Shown here: positions 9,372-22,228 of the stretch, piece after piece
Position numbering within the stretch: position 1 is the stretch's first letter
Layout of the letters: each line of letters opens with the position of its first letter
DNA from: Nitrospinota bacterium
Lineage (GTDB): Bacteria; JADFOP01
Direction: 5' to 3'
Assembly: GCA_022562795.1 (NCBI GenBank)
Contig: JADFOP010000010.1
Span: forward strand, 1 to 52,494
DNA: 52,494 nucleotides
Translations under genes and position numbers: made by a program
Notes under the pieces: generated by a model
Told to the model about the DNA's origin: nothing
Seen by the model: the letters and a program-made list of their open reading frames with translations, nothing else
The model's database searches: none

Positions 9372-9560
9372 GAGGAGTTCCCTGAATTCAATTAGAGGGG
9401 CTATAAATATAAAGAATTACGAGGTGTATTAGCCCCTTAAGATTTGAGGGCTGACACAGTATGCCCTCTTCTCAGAGCAAAAATCTCTCCAATTTGGGAA
9501 AGCATAGAAACCTTTGTCAAGGGCTTGAATTTCAGACACTCTAGAGGGGCCGTCAGCGGG

Positions 9561-9941
9561 CTAGAGTCTGGTCTGGATGGTCTCATGGATCCGCGTCGAG
9601 ACGGGCCGGTCTCCAATGAGGCCAACTCGAATGGCCACTTGGGTTGTCGTTTCAGTAAGATATTTTACATCAACGCGAACGTCAGCACCGTTCGCCCTCT
9701 TGGCCATAATGGTCCCTTTCAAGGCGTCCCTCCTCTCGCCAACCACCGGCATCTCAAGGGATTGGAGGGAATCATGTGCGGCAATCCAAACGGCATCGTA
9801 CGTGGCGGGATATGTGCGTTTAAGTTCTCCCTTAAACCATGCGTAGGTGCCGGCCCCTAATCCAGCGCCCGTGGCGAGGACCGCCACTGCGCACCCTGTA
9901 GATAACAGAGCCACTAGAAGGACAACGCTAATTCGACGCAT
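9561..9941 (-). CDS. Lipoprotein, DUF3568-like
   Basis: Lipobox LSTGC, glycine-rich AGLGAGTYAW, VAIRVGLIGD motif. Confidence 0.7.
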   Translation of the reverse strand: MRRISVVLLVALLSTGCAVAVLATGAGLGAGTYAWFKGELKRTYPATYDAVWIAAHDSLQSLEMPVVGERRDALKGTIMAKRANGADVRVDVKYLTETTTQVAIRVGLIGDRPVSTRIHETIQTRL

Positions 9942-10068
9942 CTTAGGCTACTCCTTACTCAACCGATGAAAGGCGCTCTAAAAAGGCCGCCTAATCGTAT
10001 CCGTCCGACGTCATTCTGTCAAGGCATGAGAATATATAGGGAGGGGTTGGGGTTACGCCTCAACGGCA

Positions 10069-11121
10069 CTATTTTAACGCGTAATGATTTATTACCTGGT
10101 CTCTGTTCACAAATGTCAATACAAAGAGAAAGGTCATCATCACAAATTCCAACACTAGGACCGGCATTTGAATTGTTAATAATGGAAGCAAAAATACCAA
10201 TCGCTCAATAAATACTCCTGAAAGAATAACGAAAGATAATACGAGAACGAGGAAAGGACTCGACTTTATCCGAATAAACAGGAGAGAAAGGAAAGGCAGG
10301 GGAAATAGTACAGCTAAAATTATAAAGGAAAGGGTCAGAAGGGTGGGGTCCGAAAACCGCCTTACAAAGAAGGTTACCTCTTCCGGAAGGTTTCCATACC
10401 AGATAACGAGGTATTGGGAGAAAAAGAAGTAGGCCCACATTACACAAAAAGCAAATAAGAGCGTAGCGGCATCTTTATGGGTTTTCTTTAAGGCCTGCGT
10501 TTGATCTGGATCACGTTCTTTTAATAGGAAATAGCAAAAGATGCAGGCCAGAGCCGTTCCTGTATAAAGCGCTTCTACAAAGAAATATCCACCGAAAAGT
10601 GTGCTATACCATGGATATTCCAAGGACATAACCCAATCAAATGCCGCCAGAGTTTGTGAAGTAACAAATGTGAACAAATAGAGTAACGCGTAAAAATATT
10701 GCTTATCCCCATCTCTAAAAACCTCTATAGCGAATTTTCTGGCAAATAGGTAAGCCAAGAGCAAGAATGATAGATTGCGCAACATGAAAAATTTCTTATT
10801 CAACCAGATGCCTTGGTCGCCGGCCCAGGGATAAATGTCAAGCTGGACGCCGAAGAGAAGAAATAAGAAGAAGATAAGCAGAAGCAGTGGATGCAACGAG
10901 AGCAATTCTTTTTTAATCGGTAGAATCCATTTTGCTTTTGAGAGCTGCGCGACTGCGGCCAACGCAACAACCCCCTGAAGAAGTGTAAGCCAAAACAATA
11001 ATATAAATAAGAGAGAGCCCTTTTTCTCTGGCCCCCAAACGCTCTCTATCAAGACTATAAATAGAAGAGCCGAAAGAAAAACTCCTGCCAGCCTCCCTAT
11101 CTTCATTTCCAACCTTTTCAT
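10069..11121 (-). CDS. actF: Alternative complex III membrane subunit ActF
   Basis: About 10 TM helices; AFDWVMSLEYPWYSTLFG and WAYFFFSQYLVIWYGNLPEE motifs. Confidence 0.85.
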   Translation of the reverse strand: MKRLEMKIGRLAGVFLSALLFIVLIESVWGPEKKGSLLFILLFWLTLLQGVVALAAVAQLSKAKWILPIKKELLSLHPLLLLIFFLFLLFGVQLDIYPWAGDQGIWLNKKFFMLRNLSFLLLAYLFARKFAIEVFRDGDKQYFYALLYLFTFVTSQTLAAFDWVMSLEYPWYSTLFGGYFFVEALYTGTALACIFCYFLLKERDPDQTQALKKTHKDAATLLFAFCVMWAYFFFSQYLVIWYGNLPEEVTFFVRRFSDPTLLTLSFIILAVLFPLPFLSLLFIRIKSSPFLVLVLSFVILSGVFIERLVFLLPLLTIQMPVLVLEFVMMTFLFVLTFVNRDQVINHYALK

Positions 11122-11558
11122 TTCGGGTCTCCATCGTCAACTATGATAAGGAAGTTATTTCCGCATTCTTTTGGGGAAATGATCTTTTTGAGACTGGGAG
11201 ACCTTGAAAGAATGAGAAATCCGAGAAACGTCGCCACAACACCGAAGAGGATCGTCAGTTCAAAAGCGATGATGATAAATGGGGGTATCGAGACAATGGG
11301 CTTGCCTCCGGTAATCAGCAAAGGCCATCTCAAAACCGTGTAAATAGGAAAAGCAAAGCCCGTAATGGTGCCGCTCAGGGCTCCAAAGAATGTGAAGAAC
11401 TTTAACCTACTTGGACGAACTTCAAGAATTTCATCGACTTCATGAACGTGTATGGGTGACAGCACCGAAATATCCTTTTTGGGAACACCTTCGCCAACGA
11501 GGTTTTCCAATTTAGCAATAAATTCCGCTTTGTCTTTATACGAATATTCTCTGCTCAC
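11118..11558 (-). CDS. actD: Alternative complex III subunit ActD (DUF3341)
   Basis: SPIHVH, two TM helices, WPLLITGGKP, FELTILF. Confidence 0.85.
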   Translation of the reverse strand: MSREYSYKDKAEFIAKLENLVGEGVPKKDISVLSPIHVHEVDEILEVRPSRLKFFTFFGALSGTITGFAFPIYTVLRWPLLITGGKPIVSIPPFIIIAFELTILFGVVATFLGFLILSRSPSLKKIISPKECGNNFLIIVDDGDPK

Positions 11559-12853
11559 CCTGCTTGCTCCTTTATGTCTGTTATTGCTAGTACGGGCAGT
11601 AGTTTTGCAAAGAGAAGGAATAGTGTAAAAAAGATGCTGAAGCTCATTATCGTTATACCGATTTCCACAAAACTGGGAACGTACGTCCCCCAGGAGTACG
11701 GATCAAAGTCTTTGGCTAACGATGTTACAATAATGATAAATCTCTCCAGCCACATTCCGACATTGATAAAGATTGAGATAATGAAGAGAAAGACGAGGTT
11801 TGTCCGGAATCTTTTAGCAAAAAGCGGCAGGGTCACCACACAATTACAAAATACCATGAGCCAGAAAAATGGGGCGTAGTGTCCGGCTGCCCGATATGTA
11901 AACAATCTCACATCATAAATAATGCCACTATAATAGGCTATACCAAACTCTATAATGTAAGCATAGGAGACTATCAGCGATGTAAACAATAGTATTTTCG
12001 CTAGATCATCAAAATGGTCAAGGGTTATATATTTCTCTAACGAGAACATCTTCCTCATTGGGACAACCAAGGTGATCACCATCGCCGTTCCAGAAAAAAT
12101 CGCTCCAGCTACGAAATATGGGGCAAAGATGGTGGTGTGCCAGCCGGGCAGAATACTCATGGCGAAATCCCACGAGACGACTGAGTGAACCGACACGACC
12201 AAGGGGGTAGCAAATGCGGCGAGGAAGAAATAGAGCCTATTGTAGTGAAGCCATTGGGAAACAGACCCTTCCCACCCGAGGGATAGAGTGCTGTAGATGG
12301 CCTTTCTCACCCCCTTGGAGAACCGTCTGACGATAGCCAGGTCGGGGATCAATCCCACGTAAAAGAAAATAACACTAACCGCAAGATATGTGCTTACGGC
12401 AAAAACATCCCAGACAAGAGGAGAGCGAAAGTTCACCCATAACTGGCGCTGATTTGGATACGGGATGAGGTAGTAAAACAACCAGGTGCGGCCAAGGTGA
12501 ATTAATGGGAACATTCCCGCTACTACCAGGGCGAATAGCGTCATTGCTTCGGCGGACCTGTTAAAACTGCTTCGAAATCGGGCTCGGGTAAGGAATAGGA
12601 CGGCCGAGATCAATGTGCCGGAGTGGGCAATCCCTATCCAGAATACAAAGTTTGTAATATAGACACCCCAACCAACTGGGTTTGTAATTCCTGCTACACC
12701 CATGCCTGTCATTATTTGATATCCCCAAAGAGCTAAACCTATGAGAATAAAGGATGAAGTAGTCCCCAGGGCAATCCAGTAGAGCCGGCTGGGTTTTCTC
12801 ATTGCGGCAAGGACGTCTAAATCCAGCCGCTCTCGGTATTCCGGTAATTCCAT
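11555..12853 (-). CDS. actC: Alternative complex III NrfD-family quinol-binding subunit ActC
   Basis: WGVYITNFVFWIGIAHSGTLISA, NRSAEAMT, HLGR, NFRSPLVWD, SVHSVVSWDFA, GMWLERF. Confidence 0.92.
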   Translation of the reverse strand: MELPEYRERLDLDVLAAMRKPSRLYWIALGTTSSFILIGLALWGYQIMTGMGVAGITNPVGWGVYITNFVFWIGIAHSGTLISAVLFLTRARFRSSFNRSAEAMTLFALVVAGMFPLIHLGRTWLFYYLIPYPNQRQLWVNFRSPLVWDVFAVSTYLAVSVIFFYVGLIPDLAIVRRFSKGVRKAIYSTLSLGWEGSVSQWLHYNRLYFFLAAFATPLVVSVHSVVSWDFAMSILPGWHTTIFAPYFVAGAIFSGTAMVITLVVPMRKMFSLEKYITLDHFDDLAKILLFTSLIVSYAYIIEFGIAYYSGIIYDVRLFTYRAAGHYAPFFWLMVFCNCVVTLPLFAKRFRTNLVFLFIISIFINVGMWLERFIIIVTSLAKDFDPYSWGTYVPSFVEIGITIMSFSIFFTLFLLFAKLLPVLAITDIKEQAG

Positions 12854-12875
12854 TATTCCGCCATACCTCTGTCGC

Positions 12876-15674
12876 TCAGGTCTTTTTCGACAAGTAGTGC
12901 ACCGCCGGCTCCACTCCTAAATCTTCAAATATCCGGTGGGACCGTTTTGAGTGGGCCAACTCGTACACGCGTGATTTTCGGTCTAGAATATTTCCAAAGG
13001 CGATTGCCTTCGTGGGGCAGGTCTGGGCGCACGCAGGCACGACCTCTCCATCTCGAACCTTCCTGGAGTCATCCTTAGCAAGATCCTTGGCCACTCTAAT
13101 TCGTTGTACACAAAAGGTGCATTTTTCCATGATTCCCTTTGTTCTAATCGAGACCGCGGGATTCTGCATTTTATCCAGGGGCTCTGGCCAGTCCTGATCG
13201 AACCAATTGAACCGTCTCACCTTGTATGGGCAATTGTTCGCGCAATACCTTGTGCCGACGCACCTGTTGTAGATCTGCGCATTGAGCCCCTCGGGATTGT
13301 GATATGCCGCAAATACGGGGCATACCGGCTCACATGGTGCATTGTCACAATGCTGGCATAACATGGGCACCATATTTGTTCTATCGTGGGCGTCTTTATG
13401 TTGTTCGATCCTAATCCATGACATTTCTCTTCCAATTAAATGCTCTTTCTTGCCGACGATGGGAATATTGTTTTCAATGTAGCAGGCTGCAACGCATGAG
13501 GAGCAGCCGGTGCAAAGGTCTAGATCGATAGCCATTGCCCAGCGATAATCTTTATGTTCATGCTTTGCATATAGCGTAGATATTGCATGTTTAGCGTGAA
13601 CAGGGTAAGGAATTACTCCCTTTCCTTCATGTGCGATCGAACCTGAAAGAATTGGCAATTTCTCGGACCGGCCGGTCTTTGAAATTTTAACACCCTCGAG
13701 GTAAGAAATGATCTCCCCGCTTCTTCTATCTGTTTGTATTAAGATTGAGTCCACCATACCTTGATGGACTGTATAAACCCCTTCCTCCAACCCTTCTTGT
13801 ATTTTCACCGGCAGTTTTACAGACATCTTGGAAGAAGAAATTTGAAGCTCATCTCCATCCCTTAATTTATCCTTGCGGGCCGTCTTCTCGGATATCGATA
13901 CCCACTTCCCATAAGAGATGGTTGTTACCGGGTCGGGGATTTCACTGAGCAGCGGAAGATCGGCGCTTCTGCCGTCGAACGACCGTATTGAAGGTGTGAC
14001 TAGGAGGACTGGTTTCTTCATTACCTCAGGCAACTTCAAACTTTTTAAATGATCTTTCAGGCTCCCTTCCTGGAGTTTAACCTCGTCCTTGTCAGCTGTC
14101 TCTTCCAGGTACCCCTTGTTCAATATTTCTTCTATAAAGCTCTCTCCATAACTCTCTTTCCACTCATTCAATACGTATTCCTGATAGCTTGAGAACGTCT
14201 CGTCCTCACTGCTCAGCTCCATCAACTGCAGCAGAATGTCCCCTTCGGCAAGAGTATTATGTAGAGGTTTTAGAACGGGCTGAATTATCGTTTTGATATT
14301 ATATCTTGGCTCGGCATCTCCCCAAGACTCCAGGGAATGAGACAGGGGGAGGATTACATCACACACTTCCATCGTCTTATTGTGCAATTCAGACATTCCG
14401 ACCCTTAATTGGGCTTTCATCAGGTCATTCTTGAATGATGGGGGGAGGCTAGAGACTGGATCGGTCCTGGAGATGAAGATGACTCCAATATCTTCATCCC
14501 GGAGATCTTCTGAAAGCTCTTCGATATCGAGCATGGTTCCAACATTAGAGTAATTCTCGCCCTTGGAGAAATCGATTAGAGAACTTTTCGCCCCGGTGGC
14601 CCATTGAATCAATCCAGTTAAAACCAGCGCGTCTAAACCAGACCCCTGCCTGGCTGAGATTCCGCCCGTCAACACTAACGGGCTCTTTGCTTTATCAAAA
14701 GGCTGAGCTAATCTATTCAATCCATCGGGCGTTATCCCCGTTTTGCGCGATATTTCTTCAACCGGCAAATTAGGTATCAAGTCCAATAACTCTTGAGAAA
14801 TCATCTCCCTGATGAGACCCTTTTCTTTTATATAGTTCAACAAGAAGAGAAGCAGATAAACTTCACTCCCAGGATTTAGGACAAACCTTTCGTTCGCACT
14901 CATACCTGTTAGCGAGAGGTGAGGCTCAACATGGAACCACTTAAAATTGTTCCGCCTTTTAGCCCTTGAAAATTGGTTGGAATTGTTTACTGGACTTATA
15001 TAGGTCTCGAGAATGTCAGCCCCAAGCGTAAGCAGGAAATCCGCATTTTCTATATCATGCGACGGGATCTCTTTTGTCGCATAAAGAATCCCGTTGGCCT
15101 CTCGAAGCGCAGCATAGGAGTAAACCTCAAATTCGGGCAGCCTTTCTATGTCCATCTCAATAGTAAAAGTATCTATCAACTCTGAAAGAGAGCCGGTCGT
15201 TCTACCCGATAAATATACGTTTGTCTGGCCCTCGTCGTCCGATTCTTCCAACGCATCCAGAATCTTTAAATATGCTTCCTTCCATGTGGAGACTTTTAAT
15301 TTGCCGCTGCCATCACGAATAAGGGGTTCTTTAAGTCTTTCTGGATGGTAGAGACGGGTCAATGACGACTGGCCCCGGATACAGAGGGTTCCATCGTTAA
15401 TCGGATGCCCTGAGAGCCCTTCTAGCTTTACTGGATATCTTTCATAGCGGTTGTTGGTAGTTAGTTTTTCATGGACTTTCACCGTTAGGCCGCAATTCGC
15501 CGGACACTCGGTACAGGTCGAGTTATAAAAAGCAGGTTGCCCAGGAGCCAGGCCATCTTCTGGAGGAATCACATGGGGAATGAGTTTTTCCGTTCCTTTC
15601 TGCACACCGCATGAAGCAACGAGGGCGGTGCCTGTCGTAGCCCCGAGAAGCTTAATAAAATCCCGTCTCTTCAT
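12876..15674 (-). CDS. actB: Alternative complex III ActB: Tat-exported molybdopterin-oxidoreductase-like domain fused to Fe-S domain
   Basis: KRRDFIK Tat motif with lipobox-like VASC; CTECPANC...LC; C-terminal CTGCSSCVAAC, CQHCDNAPCEPVCP, CVGTRYCANNCP, CTFC...CAQTCP. Confidence 0.92.
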   Translation of the reverse strand: MKRRDFIKLLGATTGTALVASCGVQKGTEKLIPHVIPPEDGLAPGQPAFYNSTCTECPANCGLTVKVHEKLTTNNRYERYPVKLEGLSGHPINDGTLCIRGQSSLTRLYHPERLKEPLIRDGSGKLKVSTWKEAYLKILDALEESDDEGQTNVYLSGRTTGSLSELIDTFTIEMDIERLPEFEVYSYAALREANGILYATKEIPSHDIENADFLLTLGADILETYISPVNNSNQFSRAKRRNNFKWFHVEPHLSLTGMSANERFVLNPGSEVYLLLFLLNYIKEKGLIREMISQELLDLIPNLPVEEISRKTGITPDGLNRLAQPFDKAKSPLVLTGGISARQGSGLDALVLTGLIQWATGAKSSLIDFSKGENYSNVGTMLDIEELSEDLRDEDIGVIFISRTDPVSSLPPSFKNDLMKAQLRVGMSELHNKTMEVCDVILPLSHSLESWGDAEPRYNIKTIIQPVLKPLHNTLAEGDILLQLMELSSEDETFSSYQEYVLNEWKESYGESFIEEILNKGYLEETADKDEVKLQEGSLKDHLKSLKLPEVMKKPVLLVTPSIRSFDGRSADLPLLSEIPDPVTTISYGKWVSISEKTARKDKLRDGDELQISSSKMSVKLPVKIQEGLEEGVYTVHQGMVDSILIQTDRRSGEIISYLEGVKISKTGRSEKLPILSGSIAHEGKGVIPYPVHAKHAISTLYAKHEHKDYRWAMAIDLDLCTGCSSCVAACYIENNIPIVGKKEHLIGREMSWIRIEQHKDAHDRTNMVPMLCQHCDNAPCEPVCPVFAAYHNPEGLNAQIYNRCVGTRYCANNCPYKVRRFNWFDQDWPEPLDKMQNPAVSIRTKGIMEKCTFCVQRIRVAKDLAKDDSRKVRDGEVVPACAQTCPTKAIAFGNILDRKSRVYELAHSKRSHRIFEDLGVEPAVHYLSKKT

Positions 15675-15692
15675 GTTATCCTCCAGTGATCC

Positions 15693-16262
15693 TTATTTAT
15701 GACATGTCAAACAATCGATGGATGCCTTTTTTGATCTATGACAGGTGACACACCAACCCATGTTAAGTGAGCTGACTTGCCGGACCACGCTAACATTTTT
15801 TATTTCCCCGTGACAAGCTGAACATTCTAACCCAGCCTTGATGTGCCTCTTATGAGAGAAATAAACGTGATCGGGTAAATTATGCACTTTAATCCATGGA
15901 ACAGGCTGCTTGTTATTCCAATATTTGTGTAATTTTTTTATTTCTGGTCTGTCAGTAGCGATGACACTATGGCACGACATGCATTTCTGAACCGATGGAA
16001 CGCCGGCGTGTTGTGATTGCTCGACGTACGTATGGCAAAACGTACACTGAAGGCCGACTCTCGAGACGTGAATTTTATGACTAAAGGCGATAGGCTGCTG
16101 GGGCGCCTCGCTGGAAGAGAACCAACAACGTGGGTCTATCTTGCCGATGACGCCCTGTATGGGAATCTTCGGGCAGGGCGACAGCCCAGCTCCCAAGACT
16201 AGAAAGGCCAGCATTACCGGCGGCGTAAGAAGCAACAAAGGGATTAGAATTCTTTTCAACAT
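15693..16262 (-). CDS. actA: Pentaheme cytochrome c ActA
   Basis: N-terminal TM; five CxxCH (CTFCH, CMSCH, CSACH, CVTCH, CLTCH); QQPIAFSHKIH and LPDHVYFSH. Confidence 0.9.
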   Translation of the reverse strand: MLKRILIPLLLLTPPVMLAFLVLGAGLSPCPKIPIQGVIGKIDPRCWFSSSEAPQQPIAFSHKIHVSRVGLQCTFCHTYVEQSQHAGVPSVQKCMSCHSVIATDRPEIKKLHKYWNNKQPVPWIKVHNLPDHVYFSHKRHIKAGLECSACHGEIKNVSVVRQVSSLNMGWCVTCHRSKKASIDCLTCHK

Positions 16263-16291
16263 TCTAGGCCTTTTCTAAAATGCGTATAAGC

Positions 16292-17668
16292 CTACTTAGA
16301 AACTTCACCCTTTAGGCGTTTTAGAATATAACTCGCAACGCCACTTGCCTCTGACCTGTTAAGACCGTAATTGGGCATTGGAGGATATCCCGGGTCCTTC
16401 TTTGTAGGGCTCTGTATAAAAACGATCAATTCATCCGGATTACTTTCATATTTCGGAAGAACCGTGTTGAAGGGGGGTCCGACCAGCTTCTTGTCATAAA
16501 GATGACAGGCCGTGCAACGGGAATTAAAGATTTTTTCCCCACCCGCCTTGTCATGAACCGCCTCCTCCGACCTCATTTTTTCCGCCTCAGCCAGCAATTT
16601 TTTCCTGGCTTCATCAGCCTGAACGACAAGATTCAAGGTGTGGTCTCTTATTGCGTTCTCGACTGTAATTTGGTCGCTAATGCTAATGACCGAAAACGCT
16701 AGAATGAACAGAATTACCACGTGAACGACTGACTTTGACTTATCGTAAAACATTAATCTCGACTTATACGACGCCCCTTCCTTATGAAGCACGGCATGAG
16801 GTCGAACACCATGTATAAGGATTCCGTACAACAAGTAAAAGATTACCACGAACAACATTATGGAAAGTGAAGTCAATGCAAAGACTTTCGCCGACAAAGC
16901 GATAACGGGCAAGGTGATCAAATTCCACACTAGCATAACCGGCAAGATCGCAATACATGCAAGAGATAGGCCTGCGCAAAACTTTCTGATGAAGGCCCCA
17001 TACTCCTCGTCAATACTATCTGAGTCCTCATAGAACTCAAAAAAATAGAAGAGGGCTGCCCCGCCGGTAATTGCCAAGGAGGCAAATAAAAAAATCTTAT
17101 ATCTTGCTATCACACTCCAAGAAAAAAGTAGACTGTACGGGTCTGGGCGCTGAATAAAAGACCTCTTTTCAAAATCTGTTATCAAAGTCGTACCGCCGAT
17201 GAAGATGAAATAGGCTCCAAAGAGAACGGCCAGGCCCAGAATACCCCAGCAAATGTGGAGTAGAAATTGCTTATCACGCTTTGGGAATGTGTGTTGATAC
17301 ATGTAAATAAGGACTAGGCCGAGCGCTAAAAGAAACAAGGCGGAATTGAAAAAAGTATGTATTGGTAAGCCGGAACCATAAAGAATCTGGGAAAATAGAA
17401 CGGATAAGGTCATCAGAGGCAGGAGACCCAAAATCACTCCAAAGCTCTTATTGTATATGCCGGTCTCAAGCAAATCCTTGGCGAAACGAGAGTAAATGGG
17501 GTTGGGTTGCTTTTTATCCAGGATATTGAAAATGACGGACAATAACGAACTGCCTAAAAAAACACTGATGAAAGTAATATGGAGGAAGGTGACTAAGATG
17601 ATAAGGTATCCGAAGAGCGTGAGTTGATTGGCAGGGGGAGGCAGAACAAGTGATTCAATGCTCGGCAT
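16292..17668 (-). CDS. Polytopic membrane protein with C-terminal class I cytochrome c
   Basis: About 8-9 hydrophobic segments, His in TM1 (TFLHITF), then GEKIFNSRCTACH...VGP...PPMP. Confidence 0.85.
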   Translation of the reverse strand: MPSIESLVLPPPANQLTLFGYLIILVTFLHITFISVFLGSSLLSVIFNILDKKQPNPIYSRFAKDLLETGIYNKSFGVILGLLPLMTLSVLFSQILYGSGLPIHTFFNSALFLLALGLVLIYMYQHTFPKRDKQFLLHICWGILGLAVLFGAYFIFIGGTTLITDFEKRSFIQRPDPYSLLFSWSVIARYKIFLFASLAITGGAALFYFFEFYEDSDSIDEEYGAFIRKFCAGLSLACIAILPVMLVWNLITLPVIALSAKVFALTSLSIMLFVVIFYLLYGILIHGVRPHAVLHKEGASYKSRLMFYDKSKSVVHVVILFILAFSVISISDQITVENAIRDHTLNLVVQADEARKKLLAEAEKMRSEEAVHDKAGGEKIFNSRCTACHLYDKKLVGPPFNTVLPKYESNPDELIVFIQSPTKKDPGYPPMPNYGLNRSEASGVASYILKRLKGEVSK

Positions 17669-17752
17669 TACGAGATTGCCTTTCTAGGAATAACTTCGCT
17701 TTTAAGATACGCCCAAACCGCGATGGCCTCTTAGCAAGGCCTAGGCCCTGTA

Positions 17753-17766
17753 TTGATTCTGTTCAA
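17753..17766. promoter_or_regulatory. FNR/Crp-like box upstream of the ACIII operon
   Basis: TTGAT-TCTG-TTCAA, one mismatch from TTGAT-N4-ATCAA, about 90 bp upstream of the first gene. Confidence 0.45.
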
Positions 17767-17851
17767 CGGGGTCTCGGCTAATGAGGTTTGCCTTTGCAAT
17801 GTGCAAAATTCGGCCAACGGCGCTTTCCTGTCGGTTGTGTTACAATGAAAC

Positions 17852-17878
17852 GCCCCACAACCCTTTAAATCGTGGGGC
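17852..17878 (-). terminator. Hairpin after tRNA-fMet, probable terminator
   Basis: Minus strand GCCCCACGA...TTGTGGGGC followed by GTTTCATT. Confidence 0.5.
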
Positions 17879-17884
17879 TTAAGT

Positions 17885-17961
<77 letters not shown>

Positions 17962-18124
17962 CCAATATTAGGCCTTATCAAATTTCCCAAGTCAATATAG
18001 CATCCTGCCCATTGCTGTCAAGAGGATTCTGGCAAAAAGGCCCTCGTGACAGAAGGCCGGTGGCCCCCATAAGGCTACCCTTTCGACCACGCCCCCCCTG
18101 CCAAAAAAGAGGCATGGTGTTGAC

Positions 18125-18550
18125 CTATTCCGGCCGCAAATGGGAAGGAGGCTCGTCTACAAATTCGTAGACGGTCTCCCCGGGCCGAACCAGCCCAAGT
18201 TCCTCTCGCGCAATTTGCTCGATGGTAAAGGGGTCATGTTTGAGCTTATAGATCCGCTCGAGAAGCTCCTTGTTTTTCTGTTCGTAAGAGGATATTTCTT
18301 CAGACGTGGCGCTAACCTTATGCTTCAGTGAGTATACCTCCACAAGGCCTCTCTGGCCGAAGATCGTGAGCAAGACGATGAAGGCCGTGGCTGCTGCGGC
18401 CAACACGAAGACAATTTGGGGCCTTTTGGGGGGAGTAGCAGTCTGGCGGGCGCCACGCCTTTTTACCCGCCCCCTCACACTCGATTTGCCTTCGACCCGA
18501 CGGGCGCGCCGAGGCCTTGTCCGGAGCTTAGACAACATACCAAATAACAT
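18125..18550 (-). CDS. ftsB: Septum formation initiator FtsB/DivIC (true start possibly downstream)
   Basis: TM, FGQRGL, coiled coil, IEQIAREELGLVRPGE; directly after eno. Confidence 0.85.
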   Translation of the reverse strand: MLFGMLSKLRTRPRRARRVEGKSSVRGRVKRRGARQTATPPKRPQIVFVLAAAATAFIVLLTIFGQRGLVEVYSLKHKVSATSEEISSYEQKNKELLERIYKLKHDPFTIEQIAREELGLVRPGETVYEFVDEPPSHLRPE

Positions 18551-18601
18551 AAAGGACCACCTTCCTGGCGGCCCTCCCTCTCATCCGTACTTCGTGTGCG
18601 C

Positions 18602-21242
<2,641 letters not shown>

Positions 21243-21258
21243 CGCCAAGGAGTAGCCC

Positions 21259-22119
21259 TCAGAGATACTTGCCGATGAGCAGCCCGAGAGATTCCCTAGT
21301 GGCCGGAGGAATGAGGTCCGCGGGAGTCATGATGGCGTGCTTGAGCGCCTCGGAACAAGGGCAGGTTCGTTCGATGGGAAAGCGGGAGACGGCCTCTTTG
21401 ATGATGTTATGGGCGGTGGAGACGTTCTTTCGGACCGTCTCCAAAACCACTTCAATGGTCACATCCTCTTCACCTTCGTGCCAGCAGTCGTAGTCGGTGC
21501 AAAGCGCGATCGTAGCGTAGCAAATCTCAGCCTCTCGGGCTAGGCGGGCCTCAGGGAGGTTGGTCATCCCGATGACGTCCACTCCCCAGGAGCGAAAGAC
21601 CCGGCTCTCAGCGCGAGTCGAGAACTGAGGCCCCTCGATGCAGACGTATGTGCCGCCGTCGTGTACGGTGGCTCCAGCCGCCGAGGCGGCCTCGGCGAGG
21701 ACGGGGCGAAGAGTGGGGCAGATCGGGTCCGCGAAGGTTATGTGTCCCGCCACACCGTCTCCGAAGAAGGTGCTCGGACGCTCGCGGGTTCGGTCAAAGA
21801 ACTGATCGATGATGACAATGTGGCCGGGCTCAATTTCTTCTCGCATGCTGCCGACGGCGCTGACGGAGATAATCCACTCTACGCCCAGCTGCTTCATGCC
21901 GTAGATGTTGGCCCGATAGTTGAGATCGGATGGCAATATACGGTGGCCGCGGCCGTGGCGCGGCAAAAAGACCAACTCGACGTCCCCAATCTCCCCGATG
22001 AGGTAACGATCTGAGGGAAGGCCAAAAGGGGTGTCGACGGTGACTTCTTCTTTGGCACGGAGCCCTTCCATCTCGTACAGTCCGCTACCCCCAATGACGC
22101 CTATCCGTGCTGTCGTCAT
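21259..22119 (-). CDS. mtnP: S-methyl-5'-thioadenosine phosphorylase
   Basis: [40 protein letters not shown]. Confidence 0.93.
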   Translation of the reverse strand: MTTARIGVIGGSGLYEMEGLRAKEEVTVDTPFGLPSDRYLIGEIGDVELVFLPRHGRGHRILPSDLNYRANIYGMKQLGVEWIISVSAVGSMREEIEPGHIVIIDQFFDRTRERPSTFFGDGVAGHITFADPICPTLRPVLAEAASAAGATVHDGGTYVCIEGPQFSTRAESRVFRSWGVDVIGMTNLPEARLAREAEICYATIALCTDYDCWHEGEEDVTIEVVLETVRKNVSTAHNIIKEAVSRFPIERTCPCSEALKHAIMTPADLIPPATRESLGLLIGKYL

Positions 22120-22170
22120 AGCAAACTCCTGAGATGAAAGGATGTTGTTGAGCAGGCCCGGTGGCGCCCC

Positions 22171-22199
22171 TTTATAACACCGCCCCAGGGGCTAATCAA
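22171..22199 (-). promoter_or_regulatory. sigma70 promoter for mtnP-hemL-eno-ftsB
   Basis: TTGATT-17 bp-TATAAA on the minus strand. Confidence 0.55.
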
Positions 22200-22228
22200 G
22201 GCTCCGTCCCCGCCCAGGAGGGTGCGCC

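Noticed and set aside
17801-17816. sigma54 promoter TGGCCGAATTTTGCA upstream of ACIII
   Set aside because: GG-GC spacing is one base short of the strict -24/-12 requirement.
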